From the IMG/VR virus record IMGVR_UViG_3300003885_000004, positions 1 to 52,649 of that record: a DNA stretch of 52,649 bases; one strand, 5' to 3'. The stretch's first letter is position 1; each line of letters opens with the position of its first letter. The translations under genes and the position numbers were made by a program. The notes under the pieces are model-generated. The model was not told where the DNA came from, searched no databases, and saw only the letters and a program-made list of their open reading frames with translations. The DNA comes from a virus (lineage: Duplodnaviria; Caudoviricetes). This document shows positions 8,051 through 17,269 of this stretch, piece by piece.

Positions 8051-8281
8051 TCAAATCCATTCGTCGGACCCTGGCATATTGGGTACATCTTCATTAGGTC
8101 CTTCCTCTGTGTAATCATTTCCAGTGATGTATTTATAAAGCCTTTCAAATAAGTCATCTATTACTTCACTCTGTTCGGTAGCCATTTCTTCTAACTTTTC
8201 TATTTCGTCTGCGGCTATATTACATAGGTCCGAATCAACATCAAATCCACGTAGTCTCTCAACTATTTGACTAGCTATCAT
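8051..8281 (-). CDS. hypothetical protein (IVERLR...AADEIEKL family)
   Basis: Common small phage protein pattern; GGAGG-like RBS. Confidence 0.75.
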   Translation of the reverse strand: MIASQIVERLRGFDVDSDLCNIAADEIEKLEEMATEQSEVIDDLFERLYKYITGNDYTEEGPNEDVPNMPGSDEWI

Positions 8282-8501
8282 CTAAATAAGCCTCTTTAAA
8301 AGGGTTTATGTAAGGAAAAATTCTTAGTCCATTATGTCTACTATTACGTCGGATGCAACACATGTACGATGTAACAGGGTCAATGTGTAGTCCAAGGTTA
8401 TTTACCTTCAGGTATAGCTCTATCTCGCCCCTAGACATATAGGATAAGGTAACTATAGCCTCTGCTTCATCCATAGAGACTATTTCTATTCTGTTTGTCA
8501 T
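8271..8501 (-). CDS. hypothetical protein
   Basis: Overlapping operon packing. Confidence 0.6.
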   Translation of the reverse strand: MTNRIEIVSMDEAEAIVTLSYMSRGEIELYLKVNNLGLHIDPVTSYMCCIRRNSRHNGLRIFPYINPFKEAYLDDS

Positions 8502-8704
8502 GGGTAGAAGGGCCTATTCTTTAGACTTCGTAATTTGGCTAATAATATCTCGTCCCTTATACTTCTAAGTTTTATCTTTAGATAATCAGGAACTATATTA
8601 GAATTTCGCAGGTACTCTGATTCTATGTCTGTTATTTGAGGGATATTTTCAAGGTCCTTTGTATCTAGTCCAGGTAAATTACTAATCACTAGAACACCTC
8701 CCAT
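8498..8704 (-). CDS. hypothetical protein
   Basis: ATGA overlap; start uncertain. Confidence 0.55.
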   Translation of the reverse strand: MGGVLVISNLPGLDTKDLENIPQITDIESEYLRNSNIVPDYLKIKLRSIRDEILLAKLRSLKNRPFYP

Positions 8705-8880
8705 AAATCACTAATTCTTCTTAAGAGTCTATGCTGAGTCCCAACAATGACTACTTCGCATGCGTTATTCTCTGCTCCTGGCCTATCAGAGCTATCTGAA
8801 ATTATACGTATGACTACAATCTCTATGGGTTGAAACAGATAATTCGTATAATAGTGTCCACCTTTACTTACACTCTTCAT
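8689..8880 (-). CDS. hypothetical protein
   Basis: GAGGA RBS, operon packing. Confidence 0.6.
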   Translation of the reverse strand: MKSVSKGGHYYTNYLFQPIEIVVIRIISDSSDRPGAENNACEVVIVGTQHRLLRRISDLWEVF

Positions 8881-9046
8881 TCTTTTCCTCCTCTATCTTA
8901 TCATACACTTCTTTTCTATGTACGGATATTTCCCTTGGAGCAGCTATACCTAGTCGAACATGTCCTCTATCAATGCTTATGACTACGATCTTTATGTTGT
9001 CATTGATTATAATAGACTCGTGAACCTCTCTAGTTAGGACTAACAT
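8864..9046 (-). CDS. csrA: carbon storage regulator CsrA/RsmA (RNA-binding translational regulator)
   Basis: MLVLTR...ESIII.D.I.I.V......VRLGI.AP..I.VHRKEVY signature; GAGGAGG RBS before ATG 9046. Confidence 0.95.
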   Translation of the reverse strand: MLVLTREVHESIIINDNIKIVVISIDRGHVRLGIAAPREISVHRKEVYDKIEEEKNEECK

Positions 9047-9218
9047 TATCTTCCTCCTCAGAAAAATGTACGTTAAATTCTCCAGCAGACCATGATAACT
9101 CACACATCTTTTTTATTCGAGGGTTGTCAATTTTTATGAAATGATGGTTGTACCATGCGTCAAATCCTTTCTTGATTAAGTCCTTTTCAATATCTGCGCT
9201 ATCAACCACTCTCACCAT
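9030..9218 (-). CDS. hypothetical protein
   Basis: GAGGAG RBS, operon packing. Confidence 0.6.
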   Translation of the reverse strand: MVRVVDSADIEKDLIKKGFDAWYNHHFIKIDNPRIKKMCELSWSAGEFNVHFSEEEDNVSPN

Positions 9219-9405
9219 TGAATAACTCCTCTACTAATAGTTCAGCGTGACCACGAAAGCCTATCCAACTATTTTTTGATTTTTTTGGAATAGATAATAC
9301 TGGAAATCGTATAGTTTCCTTTTCCATTTCCCTAGCGAATTCCTCTAAGAATTGAGAAACAACTTTGACCCTCTTATTAAGCTTTTTCTCATCACGCGCT
9401 CTCAT
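9202..9405 (-). CDS. hypothetical protein
   Basis: ATGA overlap with polA stop. Confidence 0.65.
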   Translation of the reverse strand: MRARDEKKLNKRVKVVSQFLEEFAREMEKETIRFPVLSIPKKSKNSWIGFRGHAELLVEELFNGESG

Positions 9406-11366
9406 ACCTTCTCCTTTTCTCTATAAGGTATCGTAAATTCATCCTCTCCACAATCTGCCCACGATTTCTCAGACACACCTACCTTGCATCTGATCGGTAC
9501 GAACAATTTATCTTGTATCCTAGGGGACTCTAGACATTGGACTAACTTAGTTATAACACAGGGGTCTTTACCTATCTCAATTGGGCAAGTAAATAGTATT
9601 TCATCATGTACGGGTATCAGAGGATATACGCCTAATGGTCCTGCTACTTGTGATACGGCCACTAGCCTCTCTTTCATAATGTCTGCTGCGTCCCCTTGGT
9701 TGACCGTGTTAAAAGCTATGTGTGCTACCTTGGGGTCAAGGTGTCTGCGCCTTCCATGCAGGTTAGTTACATACCCCATAGACCTAGCCATATTCTCATA
9801 ATATTTAGAGGTCTGCTTTAGTTCAGGAAATTTAGCATGGTACATGTCGTATATCTCTGCCCCACGGCGAGAACATAGAGATAAGAAATAGGCTCGATTT
9901 GTACCTGCTTGTTCTCTTAGGTCCTCCATCAAATCCATATTCTTTCCCATTCCTTTTCTTCCAGTACCATAGCCCATAGAGAAATTGATCGTTTTAGCCC
10001 TTGTCCTGGATATATCTCCAGGTAATTTAGATTGTACCCATGAATGAAAATCTGTATCTGGGTCTTTCTTGTATGCAGCTATGGCTTCTATGTTGCGTAT
10101 GTAGTTAATGATTAGTCTGAACTCAATTTGTGAGTAGTCAATAGATATGAACATCCAGTCCTTTGGGGGATGTATAAGGTATTTAGCCCTCTTATTCAAT
10201 TGCTGCATATTAGGATTACGGCAGCTCATCCTGCCTGTACTGACTGTTTGGTTGATGTCTGGATGTAAGTAAGATAGGCTATCGTTTCCGTTATGCATGT
10301 AGTCATATAGCAATGTGTAACTACTGGCCAGCTCTAGGTACTTCTCAATAAACAGTCCATTAAAATGATGATGTTTACGGTGTTCGGTTATGTTCTTAAC
10401 AACATTCTTAGGGGAGTCAGGCCATTTGAGATACTCAATTAAGGCTTCCTTGTCAAATGAGGGGTTGTTGCTGTCCTCATTATAAGATAGTATAGGCAAG
10501 CCATACGTATTGACTAGCACATCTTGCACTTGCTTATTAGACGAAGGAAGGAAGTAATGGCCTACTTCCTCTGTTAATTCCTCTTGTATCTCTGCCATCT
10601 TTGTCAAACAGTATAGTTGATGTATTTGTAGTTCTGTCTTATCTATGATCACACCCATTCTCTCCATCGTAAATAAGATAAAGGTTAGTATGCATTCGGT
10701 ATTCATTACATCACGGGATTCATCTGGTATATGAATCCTAATGTAATTAGCTAATTTCCTGACTGTCAATACATCTTGACCACCATAAGGGGCGATAACA
10801 TCTATAGGTATATTACCGTAGTCCTTGTTGCACCATTGTCCAGTAGATGTTTTAAGGTAGGGATTCAGTGCGTCCTGATACCTAGAGATATCCTCACTCA
10901 GCCAATCTTTAGATAGGATATCTAGCCCATATCCTCCCCTATACATCCTATCGGAATCTACTAATTTAGATAAGGCTAGGGTATCTATAAGAACAGGCAA
11001 ATCATTGACATTACCAGGTCCCATGCAATTACAAAAAACATGAGCATCATACTTTATGTTATGATTGATCCATCTTTTAGTGGATTTCATTATTGTATAT
11101 AACCACCCATGTACAGAATCTAAAGACAGATTCCTGTTTTTCTCCCCCTGATACGCCCCCTTTATTGGTATATAATAGGCCATGGGGCAATCATCTACTG
11201 TTACACCTATACCAGCTATATCGCAATTGTGCCAAGGGTTGGTTGACGTCTTCTTAGGGTCACCCGACGTCGTTTCGAAATCTAAGTATAAGTTATCTGC
11301 GCCAGTGAAGTTAGGAAGTTCAGATACAGACTCAACTAATTGAACACTGTTGGGGAAAGATTTCAT
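9402..11366 (-). CDS. polA: DNA polymerase family A with 3'-5' exonuclease
   Basis: Exo I DFET, Exo II HNIKYD, Exo III Y...D; TGRMS..PNMQQ, motif A DYSQIEFR, motif B R..AKTINF...YG (Phe at the 762-equivalent position), motif C VHDE. Confidence 0.95.
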   Translation of the reverse strand: MKSFPNSVQLVESVSELPNFTGADNLYLDFETTSGDPKKTSTNPWHNCDIAGIGVTVDDCPMAYYIPIKGAYQGEKNRNLSLDSVHGWLYTIMKSTKRWINHNIKYDAHVFCNCMGPGNVNDLPVLIDTLALSKLVDSDRMYRGGYGLDILSKDWLSEDISRYQDALNPYLKTSTGQWCNKDYGNIPIDVIAPYGGQDVLTVRKLANYIRIHIPDESRDVMNTECILTFILFTMERMGVIIDKTELQIHQLYCLTKMAEIQEELTEEVGHYFLPSSNKQVQDVLVNTYGLPILSYNEDSNNPSFDKEALIEYLKWPDSPKNVVKNITEHRKHHHFNGLFIEKYLELASSYTLLYDYMHNGNDSLSYLHPDINQTVSTGRMSCRNPNMQQLNKRAKYLIHPPKDWMFISIDYSQIEFRLIINYIRNIEAIAAYKKDPDTDFHSWVQSKLPGDISRTRAKTINFSMGYGTGRKGMGKNMDLMEDLREQAGTNRAYFLSLCSRRGAEIYDMYHAKFPELKQTSKYYENMARSMGYVTNLHGRRRHLDPKVAHIAFNTVNQGDAADIMKERLVAVSQVAGPLGVYPLIPVHDEILFTCPIEIGKDPCVITKLVQCLESPRIQDKLFVPIRCKVGVSEKSWADCGEDEFTIPYREKEKV

Positions 11367-14194
11367 AATGCCCTTGGTTTTTTGATTTTAGTGTTTTGTA
11401 ATTCACCACTATTAAATAACTCATGAAGGTATAGATTGAATGCATCACTCTTCTTGTACTTGAATTTACCTATCCTAGAGATAGCATTCTTTCTAACTAG
11501 TAAAGATAAGACTGGTCGGGCGCAATCTCTAGGGTACTCTGTCCAGTCGCATAGATCATCTAGGTCAAAGTCTGTACAGTAGAGCAGTTTGCTGACGAAA
11601 TCCTTTGCATGTATTATCTCGTCTATTTGTGCCCTTATGATGTCGGTGTCTCGTAGCTCACTAATGTATTGCACTGACTCTGAGTACCTAAGGTAGCCCA
11701 TTCTAGTCTCACTGTAAAACTTCATCAGCATGTCAAAAACAAACTCTACATGACACTTACGAATTAGTACCGTGTCTTCATTCTCATTGGAGAATGTTCT
11801 AACTGCGAGCGCTGCTGCTAATCTTGCTACCTTGTATCTAGTTGAGCCCTTGTCTATTATTGGGCAGGTCTCTGAGAATGTCATACATAGTTTATTGACT
11901 ACGGGACCTAATAGTTCGATTGCCACATTCTCAAACTTAATCTGAGAATGATCTCTGGACCAGCCCCATAGTATCAGCTCTCGGCATAGCTCAGATGTGT
12001 ATTCATGATGAATTCTTGGTCGATATGACTGTAGCTTTGAAAGCTTGGCTACATCTATATCATCCTCTGACTCTGTTAAGCATAGGTCAAATCTTCGTAT
12101 GTCCTCTGGCGCCCTGATTAGTTCCTCTATAGCCTGTATGCCAAATGTATACGATCCAACTGACTTCCCCTTTATAGGGTTGGATATCGCTATAAGCCTA
12201 GTTCTAGCGTGAGTCGATCTCTTCTCTATCTTAGTAATCTCTGCTATCCCCGTTGACCGCATGTCTGTCATGCCCTGGAAAGCACCCTTTGTTATTCCAG
12301 ATAACTCTTCTAAGATGACTAGTTGTTTGTCGTATGTTGGAATTATACCCCAAGTAACAAACCACCTATTATTTATTGCAGCTAGTCCTCCTAACAGTCC
12401 AGCGAGTGTAGCCCCTTTACAAGATGTACGTTTACCAACACCGTAATGCTCCTTCAAGTTATTAGCTGTCTTGGTCTTACCTATAGACGAATCACCCACT
12501 ATTAGAATCTCTACCCAACCTTTCTGTAGCTCATCATCTAGGACAAACTGAAGAGGGGAATGGTAAGCTAGGTCTATCGCTAAGTGCATTCTCCTACGCT
12601 CGTAGATGTATGTTACATTAGCTTCCAAGTCACAGTACAGTTTAGTTAGTTTATCTCCTATGCTCTTAGCTGTCCATTTCTCTGGTTGAAATATATTTAG
12701 GTCTGCCACCCCTTCGCCTTTGTATGAGGACAGCTCATCCTCTAGTGGATCATACTTTGAGAAGATAAAACTAGCTGTTTGTGTTTTTGCATGGGCGAAG
12801 TTTCTACCTGTAAATGTGTACTCGCAATTCGGTTCTAACTTGTTACCAACGCAATACGCTGTCTGCATACCTGCTACGTTTTCTCTTTCTGTCATCGACA
12901 ATACATTACTGATCCTAGCTTCTTGTATCGAGTAGTGAGATAGTATCTTGAAAGTACAAACCTTGCACCTCTTTGGTATACCTACAGCAGCCTTTAATTC
13001 TATGTGCTGTATAGCTTCATGGGCATCACACATAGAGATAATAGACTTAGACTCCTCTGGTACTGTATACTCTTCATTCCCCTTAGAATGGAATACAGGG
13101 CAGAAACTACAGAACTCTTGTGACTTATCGCAGTCTATTTTTATTACCTTAGGTATCTCGTATGGCTGGTCTAGTATGGCTGTAACCCGACCCTTTACCT
13201 GTACTCGACTCCCTACATTAGTTCCCTCGATTGCACTAACCAACCCCATTTCCTTTGGTACTTCTCCGTTCTGTTTATATGGCTCTACCTTCTTAAGTTC
13301 ATGTACAATAGAGTTTTCGACTATCGCTCTATGTAAAAATGAGTTATCGTCGGACTTGTATACCCGAACATAGTCGTTGATGTCTCCATTAGGAAACTCC
13401 TTAACATCTAATGGCAGAGAAGTAGTATGCACCTTCTTAGCATAGTTTATCAAAATACTAGCCACCTTTTCAGCAGCCGCCACCCCTGCCTGATCTATGT
13501 CTAGACAGACATATACTGTCTTGCCATGGAATTGTTGAGCTAAGGGTATAGATAGGTTAGACTCACCACTGGTGCCAGATATGGCACCTACCCCGTACTG
13601 ATTGAGATAGTAGGCAGCAACAATAGCTTTTATCTCACCACCGCAGAGAACTATTGTATCGAAAGATAGCTGCTCTATTGGATACAGTCTATTCTCTCCA
13701 CGTCCTTTTTGAGAGATAAACTTGTTGTGTTTCGCGTCGGGTTTGTACCGTCGTACATTAACATAGTATCCGGCTGTATTCTTTATCGGTATTGTTATCC
13801 TGTCTTTGTCCGCGCCCAGTCTATAGTATACGATCAGCTCGGGAGTTAGACCACGATAGAATAGTTGACTCTGTAGCCATTCATCCTGGAGCAATGCTCT
13901 ACAGTATCTTTCAATGGCTTTTACGTTTGCTGTCTTGTCATTAGATACCCCGAACCTTAGAGCTAGGTCGTTTCGAATATCTATCTCAGCCTTGTTTACT
14001 TTCCTAGCTAAGAGATTGTATATTGACCCTTTTGCATCACAGACAAAACAATTCCAAACACCGGTGTTAACCTCTATGCTGCAACTAGGGTTGGTGTCTT
14101 TGTGAAAAGGGCATAGGCATTTTACGTTGTTCTCGTCTGTAGGTAGTGCATCAAATCCATAGGCTTTGAGTATATCTTTTACCGGCAACGACAT
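11363..14194 (-). CDS. CHC2 Zn-finger/TOPRIM primase fused to MCM-like AAA+ helicase
   Basis: CPFH.D..PS...W.CF.C; TOPRIM DID and GDIND; MCM-like ILIVGDSSIGKT, GATLAGL, HARTRLIAISNP, RRFDL; start likely ATG 14194 (AAGGAAG RBS). Confidence 0.88.
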   Translation of the reverse strand: MSLPVKDILKAYGFDALPTDENNVKCLCPFHKDTNPSCSIEVNTGVWNCFVCDAKGSIYNLLARKVNKAEIDIRNDLALRFGVSNDKTANVKAIERYCRALLQDEWLQSQLFYRGLTPELIVYYRLGADKDRITIPIKNTAGYYVNVRRYKPDAKHNKFISQKGRGENRLYPIEQLSFDTIVLCGGEIKAIVAAYYLNQYGVGAISGTSGESNLSIPLAQQFHGKTVYVCLDIDQAGVAAAEKVASILINYAKKVHTTSLPLDVKEFPNGDINDYVRVYKSDDNSFLHRAIVENSIVHELKKVEPYKQNGEVPKEMGLVSAIEGTNVGSRVQVKGRVTAILDQPYEIPKVIKIDCDKSQEFCSFCPVFHSKGNEEYTVPEESKSIISMCDAHEAIQHIELKAAVGIPKRCKVCTFKILSHYSIQEARISNVLSMTERENVAGMQTAYCVGNKLEPNCEYTFTGRNFAHAKTQTASFIFSKYDPLEDELSSYKGEGVADLNIFQPEKWTAKSIGDKLTKLYCDLEANVTYIYERRRMHLAIDLAYHSPLQFVLDDELQKGWVEILIVGDSSIGKTKTANNLKEHYGVGKRTSCKGATLAGLLGGLAAINNRWFVTWGIIPTYDKQLVILEELSGITKGAFQGMTDMRSTGIAEITKIEKRSTHARTRLIAISNPIKGKSVGSYTFGIQAIEELIRAPEDIRRFDLCLTESEDDIDVAKLSKLQSYRPRIHHEYTSELCRELILWGWSRDHSQIKFENVAIELLGPVVNKLCMTFSETCPIIDKGSTRYKVARLAAALAVRTFSNENEDTVLIRKCHVEFVFDMLMKFYSETRMGYLRYSESVQYISELRDTDIIRAQIDEIIHAKDFVSKLLYCTDFDLDDLCDWTEYPRDCARPVLSLLVRKNAISRIGKFKYKKSDAFNLYLHELFNSGELQNTKIKKPRAL

Positions 14195-14245
14195 TGTGCT
14201 TCCTTGATCTAATGAGATTACCGGTAAACTAACTCTAGTATAAAC

Positions 14246-14343
14246 GCAGAGCAGCAAGAGGCAATAGATGGACTAACACATACTACCTCAACCCAACACT
14301 ACCTTACGATCGGGGGAGTCTGACTCATACTCCACTGCTCTGC
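14246..14343 (-). ncRNA. putative structured RNA element, copy A
   Basis: P1 GCAGAGCAGU/GCUGCUCUGC enclosing two hairpins; homologous to copy B. Confidence 0.5.
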
Positions 14344-14346
14344 TGT

Positions 14347-14396
14347 GATTCCTGCTCTGCGATTCCTGCTCTGTGATTCCTAAACCGTGATTCCTG
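14347..14396 (-). repeat. four AGGAATC motifs at 14-bp period
   Basis: gattcc at 14347, 14361, 14375 and 14389. Confidence 0.85.
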
Positions 14397-14408
14397 AACA
14401 AATAGAAA

Positions 14409-14498
14409 GAGTAGAGCAGTAAGAAACGGTATGAGGTCTTGAAAAACATACCGCCTCTACCTAGATATACCTAGGGGCCATATTCCACTGCTCTACTC
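14409..14498 (-). ncRNA. putative structured RNA element, copy B
   Basis: Perfect 12-bp P1 GAGUAGAGCAGU/ACUGCUCUACUC enclosing CCUAG/CUAGG and AGAGGCGGUAUG/CAUACCGUUUCU hairpins; G-U pairs favour the minus strand. Confidence 0.55.
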
Positions 14499-14515
14499 GT
14501 TCGGTAGCAATACGC

Positions 14516-15571
14516 TTAGAAAGGGATACCGTCTCTGGATGTCGTAGCTACAGGTGCTACTGTAGCTCTAGGTCTAGGAGAAAGAAGAGTCGATTCATTG
14601 GAAACAGGAGCAGCCACAGGAGCTACAACATCAAGGGCAGCTACAGGAGCAGCAAGTAGTGCCGGTGCCGTTTCAACCACGGCCTCGATAGCAGGGGCCT
14701 CATTCTGTATCTCTTGATCCCGAATCATCTTATTGGTCTCAAGATACCCGTCGAACAATAGAGTATTCCTATCCATGTCCTCTTCTTTAACATATCTAGG
14801 TCCTGTCTGCGGGTTGTCTGCGGTTAAAGAATAATAATCACCTTTCTTCGCAACAGTGTACTTTGAATACAGCTCAAAGATACAATGATACATTGGAGCC
14901 TTTCTCAGGTTAGCAAGGGCACCAAAGGATGAACCGTTCTTATAACTTCCTACAGAAAAAGAGATTATAACCGGTATAGAATCGAATCCATCCAAGTGAA
15001 GAAAAGAGATATAGTTAAGAGTCTCACAAAACTTAATACTCTTCTCTCTATTATCAGGTTCCTCTGGATATGGGAGAGTATTGACACTCTTATCAAAACT
15101 CTTAGCCCTGCGAGCTATCTCGCTATTAGGATCGCGACTTCTTTCTCTGACAAATGGTTCCACATTTATTGGATTCCGAATAATCCACTCTACAAAGAAG
15201 CTTAAAGGAGTGAAGGGTATTCTTTGAGACTCCGTTGTTGGGGCACCGTCTGCCGTTAGTATAACAGGAGCAATTACCTCATTAGTTGGGGTCAATATAA
15301 CGTCACCCACTGAACGATCCTTAAGTAGCTCCGTACTAGAGGATTGCACAATCTTAACGTACTGAGCTGTGGTGTACTGCCTAGCTTCCTCTAGACCACT
15401 AGCCAGTGGTACTTCTCTGTCCGCTAGATAGATTTGCAGGTACTCTGGTAGGTCGTTGCTGTTAGTAGGGACAGCAGGTAGGTTTTCTTGAGTCGGCATT
15501 TTTTCCTCTTCTTTGTCTTGAGGGTTAACGTTAAGTATCCTAGTAGCAATCTGATTTTGTGGTGTAGTCAT
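14516..15571 (-). CDS. putative single-stranded DNA-binding protein
   Basis: Replication-module position, low-complexity tail ending in SSB-like DGIPF. Confidence 0.55.
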   Translation of the reverse strand: MTTPQNQIATRILNVNPQDKEEEKMPTQENLPAVPTNSNDLPEYLQIYLADREVPLASGLEEARQYTTAQYVKIVQSSSTELLKDRSVGDVILTPTNEVIAPVILTADGAPTTESQRIPFTPLSFFVEWIIRNPINVEPFVRERSRDPNSEIARRAKSFDKSVNTLPYPEEPDNREKSIKFCETLNYISFLHLDGFDSIPVIISFSVGSYKNGSSFGALANLRKAPMYHCIFELYSKYTVAKKGDYYSLTADNPQTGPRYVKEEDMDRNTLLFDGYLETNKMIRDQEIQNEAPAIEAVVETAPALLAAPVAALDVVAPVAAPVSNESTLLSPRPRATVAPVATTSRDGIPF

Positions 15572-16242
15572 CTAATCTCCTTGAGGTTAAATATTCTCTT
15601 TTCCATATCTTCTTCTACGATATAGTCCGGCCCAAATTCAGGGTTAGTTACGGACAGACTATACGAACTCTCTACTTCATCTGTAACATACCTTGAGTAC
15701 AAATCAAATAGACAAAGATGCATAGGTGTTTTCCTTAAAGCGATAAGGTTACCAAAATCTAAGCCATTTTTGTAGTTTCCTAGTGCGAAAGATAGAGTAA
15801 CAGGTAGCACAACAGGCAGTACAACAGGCGTGTCATAGAGTGCCAATATATGGAGAAAGCAAATGTAGTTGAGAATCTCACAATACTCCACCCCCTCATA
15901 CTCACCATTAAACTTCTTAGCTCTACGGGCTATCTCGCTATCAGGGTCCCTACTCCTATCTTTGATAATTGGTAACCCATCTACAAAATTTCTGACCATC
16001 CATTCTCTAAAGAAACTTATAGGGGTGAAAGATGCCTTTCTTGAATCCGTCCCCGATTCATTATTATCTGTCAAAACAACAGTAGCAACCACCTTATTAC
16101 CAGGGTGCAGAACAATGTCACCTGCTAGTCGACCTTTAGATAGTTCCTCGCTGCGTGTTTGTATAACATGAATGTGGGCTGGTTCATTTAGGTTATCTAG
16201 GTATTCCTTCAGGTACTCTGGTTGCTGATATGTATTGGTCAT
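15568..16242 (-). CDS. paralog of the SSB-like protein lacking the C-terminal tail
   Basis: Shared FTP.SFF.EW..RN, RSRDP.SEIARRAK, CE.LNYI.FLH. Confidence 0.75.
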   Translation of the reverse strand: MTNTYQQPEYLKEYLDNLNEPAHIHVIQTRSEELSKGRLAGDIVLHPGNKVVATVVLTDNNESGTDSRKASFTPISFFREWMVRNFVDGLPIIKDRSRDPDSEIARRAKKFNGEYEGVEYCEILNYICFLHILALYDTPVVLPVVLPVTLSFALGNYKNGLDFGNLIALRKTPMHLCLFDLYSRYVTDEVESSYSLSVTNPEFGPDYIVEEDMEKRIFNLKEIR

Positions 16243-16820
16243 TTGATTTTACTCATTTCATAAGCTAAACTGCTAGAGAATGAAGCTCTCTCTTTACTTG
16301 TGATAGAATAGACATTACGGACAGCACGCTTATCTCTGAGTACAGGGGCAGTGTCACAACATGTATCGCCATACTTATCTAGTAGCAGAACATGTCCCGG
16401 TACAATAACCATGTAATACGATGCAGTGCTACTCATTCTATTTTTCTTTAACTCTTTCCTTAGTGCTCCGACCGTAATGGATTCAATCTTCATAGCAGTC
16501 TCGACTATCCATCCGTGTTCTTTTAAGATATCTGTACAATCTTCTTTGTACTGAGATTCGTTCCATTCTTTGACTCCCAAATATCTCAAAATTGCTGATG
16601 TACAGGGTGTCCTGTAATACTCGATTATGTCAATCTTGTATATCTCTAGCCAACCAACCCAGTCTGTAGAGTCAGACTTAACTAGGATACAATCTGACCC
16701 TCCCATGCACTTAGGGTGGCCTACTTCTCTCAACGTTTCGAACAGAGGGCCATGCTCCTCTAGTAGAGCGAACATGTCCCCGCTTCCTACCATAGAGGTT
16801 ATCCGTTTGTCACATGACAT
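16239..16820 (-). CDS. hypothetical protein (possible Cys-His-Asp peptidase-like fold: PCT, GHVL, CDT)
   Basis: AGGAG RBS before ATG 16820; function speculative. Confidence 0.6.
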   Translation of the reverse strand: MSCDKRITSMVGSGDMFALLEEHGPLFETLREVGHPKCMGGSDCILVKSDSTDWVGWLEIYKIDIIEYYRTPCTSAILRYLGVKEWNESQYKEDCTDILKEHGWIVETAMKIESITVGALRKELKKNRMSSTASYYMVIVPGHVLLLDKYGDTCCDTAPVLRDKRAVRNVYSITSKERASFSSSLAYEMSKIK

Positions 16821-16824
16821 TATG

Positions 16825-17040
16825 CTATTCGCTCCTTTCCTCTTCAAATACTTCTCTGATTATCTTAAGTAACTCATTATCATCATTTGGTAAAACATAC
16901 CCCTTAGACAGCATTGCCCTACGTATGTTATCGTATGCTTTAGTTAATGTGACATCAACTTCGTCCGGTGTCATTTCGATACCGCGAGCATTCCTAACTT
17001 CTCTTGCAACCTTTTGCAATCTTCTTTTACTTCTTGGCAT
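16825..17040 (-). CDS. small protein, paralog 3 of a tandem triplet
   Basis: SK.RLQK......GIEMTPD.VD..L..AY..IR......G..LP.DD. Confidence 0.8.
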   Translation of the reverse strand: MPRSKRRLQKVAREVRNARGIEMTPDEVDVTLTKAYDNIRRAMLSKGYVLPNDDNELLKIIREVFEEERSE

Positions 17041-17046
17041 GTTATG

Positions 17047-17268
17047 TTATTCGCTCCTTCCCTCTTCAAATACTTCTTTGATTATCTTAAGTAACTCGTC
17101 ATTGTCATCTTCAGGTAAAATATGTCCTCTAGACAACAGTATCTTGCGTATGTCGTTGTAGGCCGAAATCAGTGTCTTATCAACTTGGTCTGGTGTCATT
17201 TCGACACCATAGGCATCTCTAATATCTCTTGTGATCTTTTGCAACCTTTTTTTACTTACCATTGTCAT
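17047..17268 (-). CDS. small protein, paralog 2 of a tandem triplet
   Basis: Same motif. Confidence 0.8.
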   Translation of the reverse strand: MTMVSKKRLQKITRDIRDAYGVEMTPDQVDKTLISAYNDIRKILLSRGHILPEDDNDELLKIIKEVFEEGRSE

Positions 17269-17269
17269 G

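Noticed and set aside
14409-14498. tRNA-Sec or UGA-suppressor tRNA (a loop contains UUCAA)
   Set aside because: No cloverleaf, T-loop or CCA end, and the homologous copy A lacks the UCA triplet in that loop.
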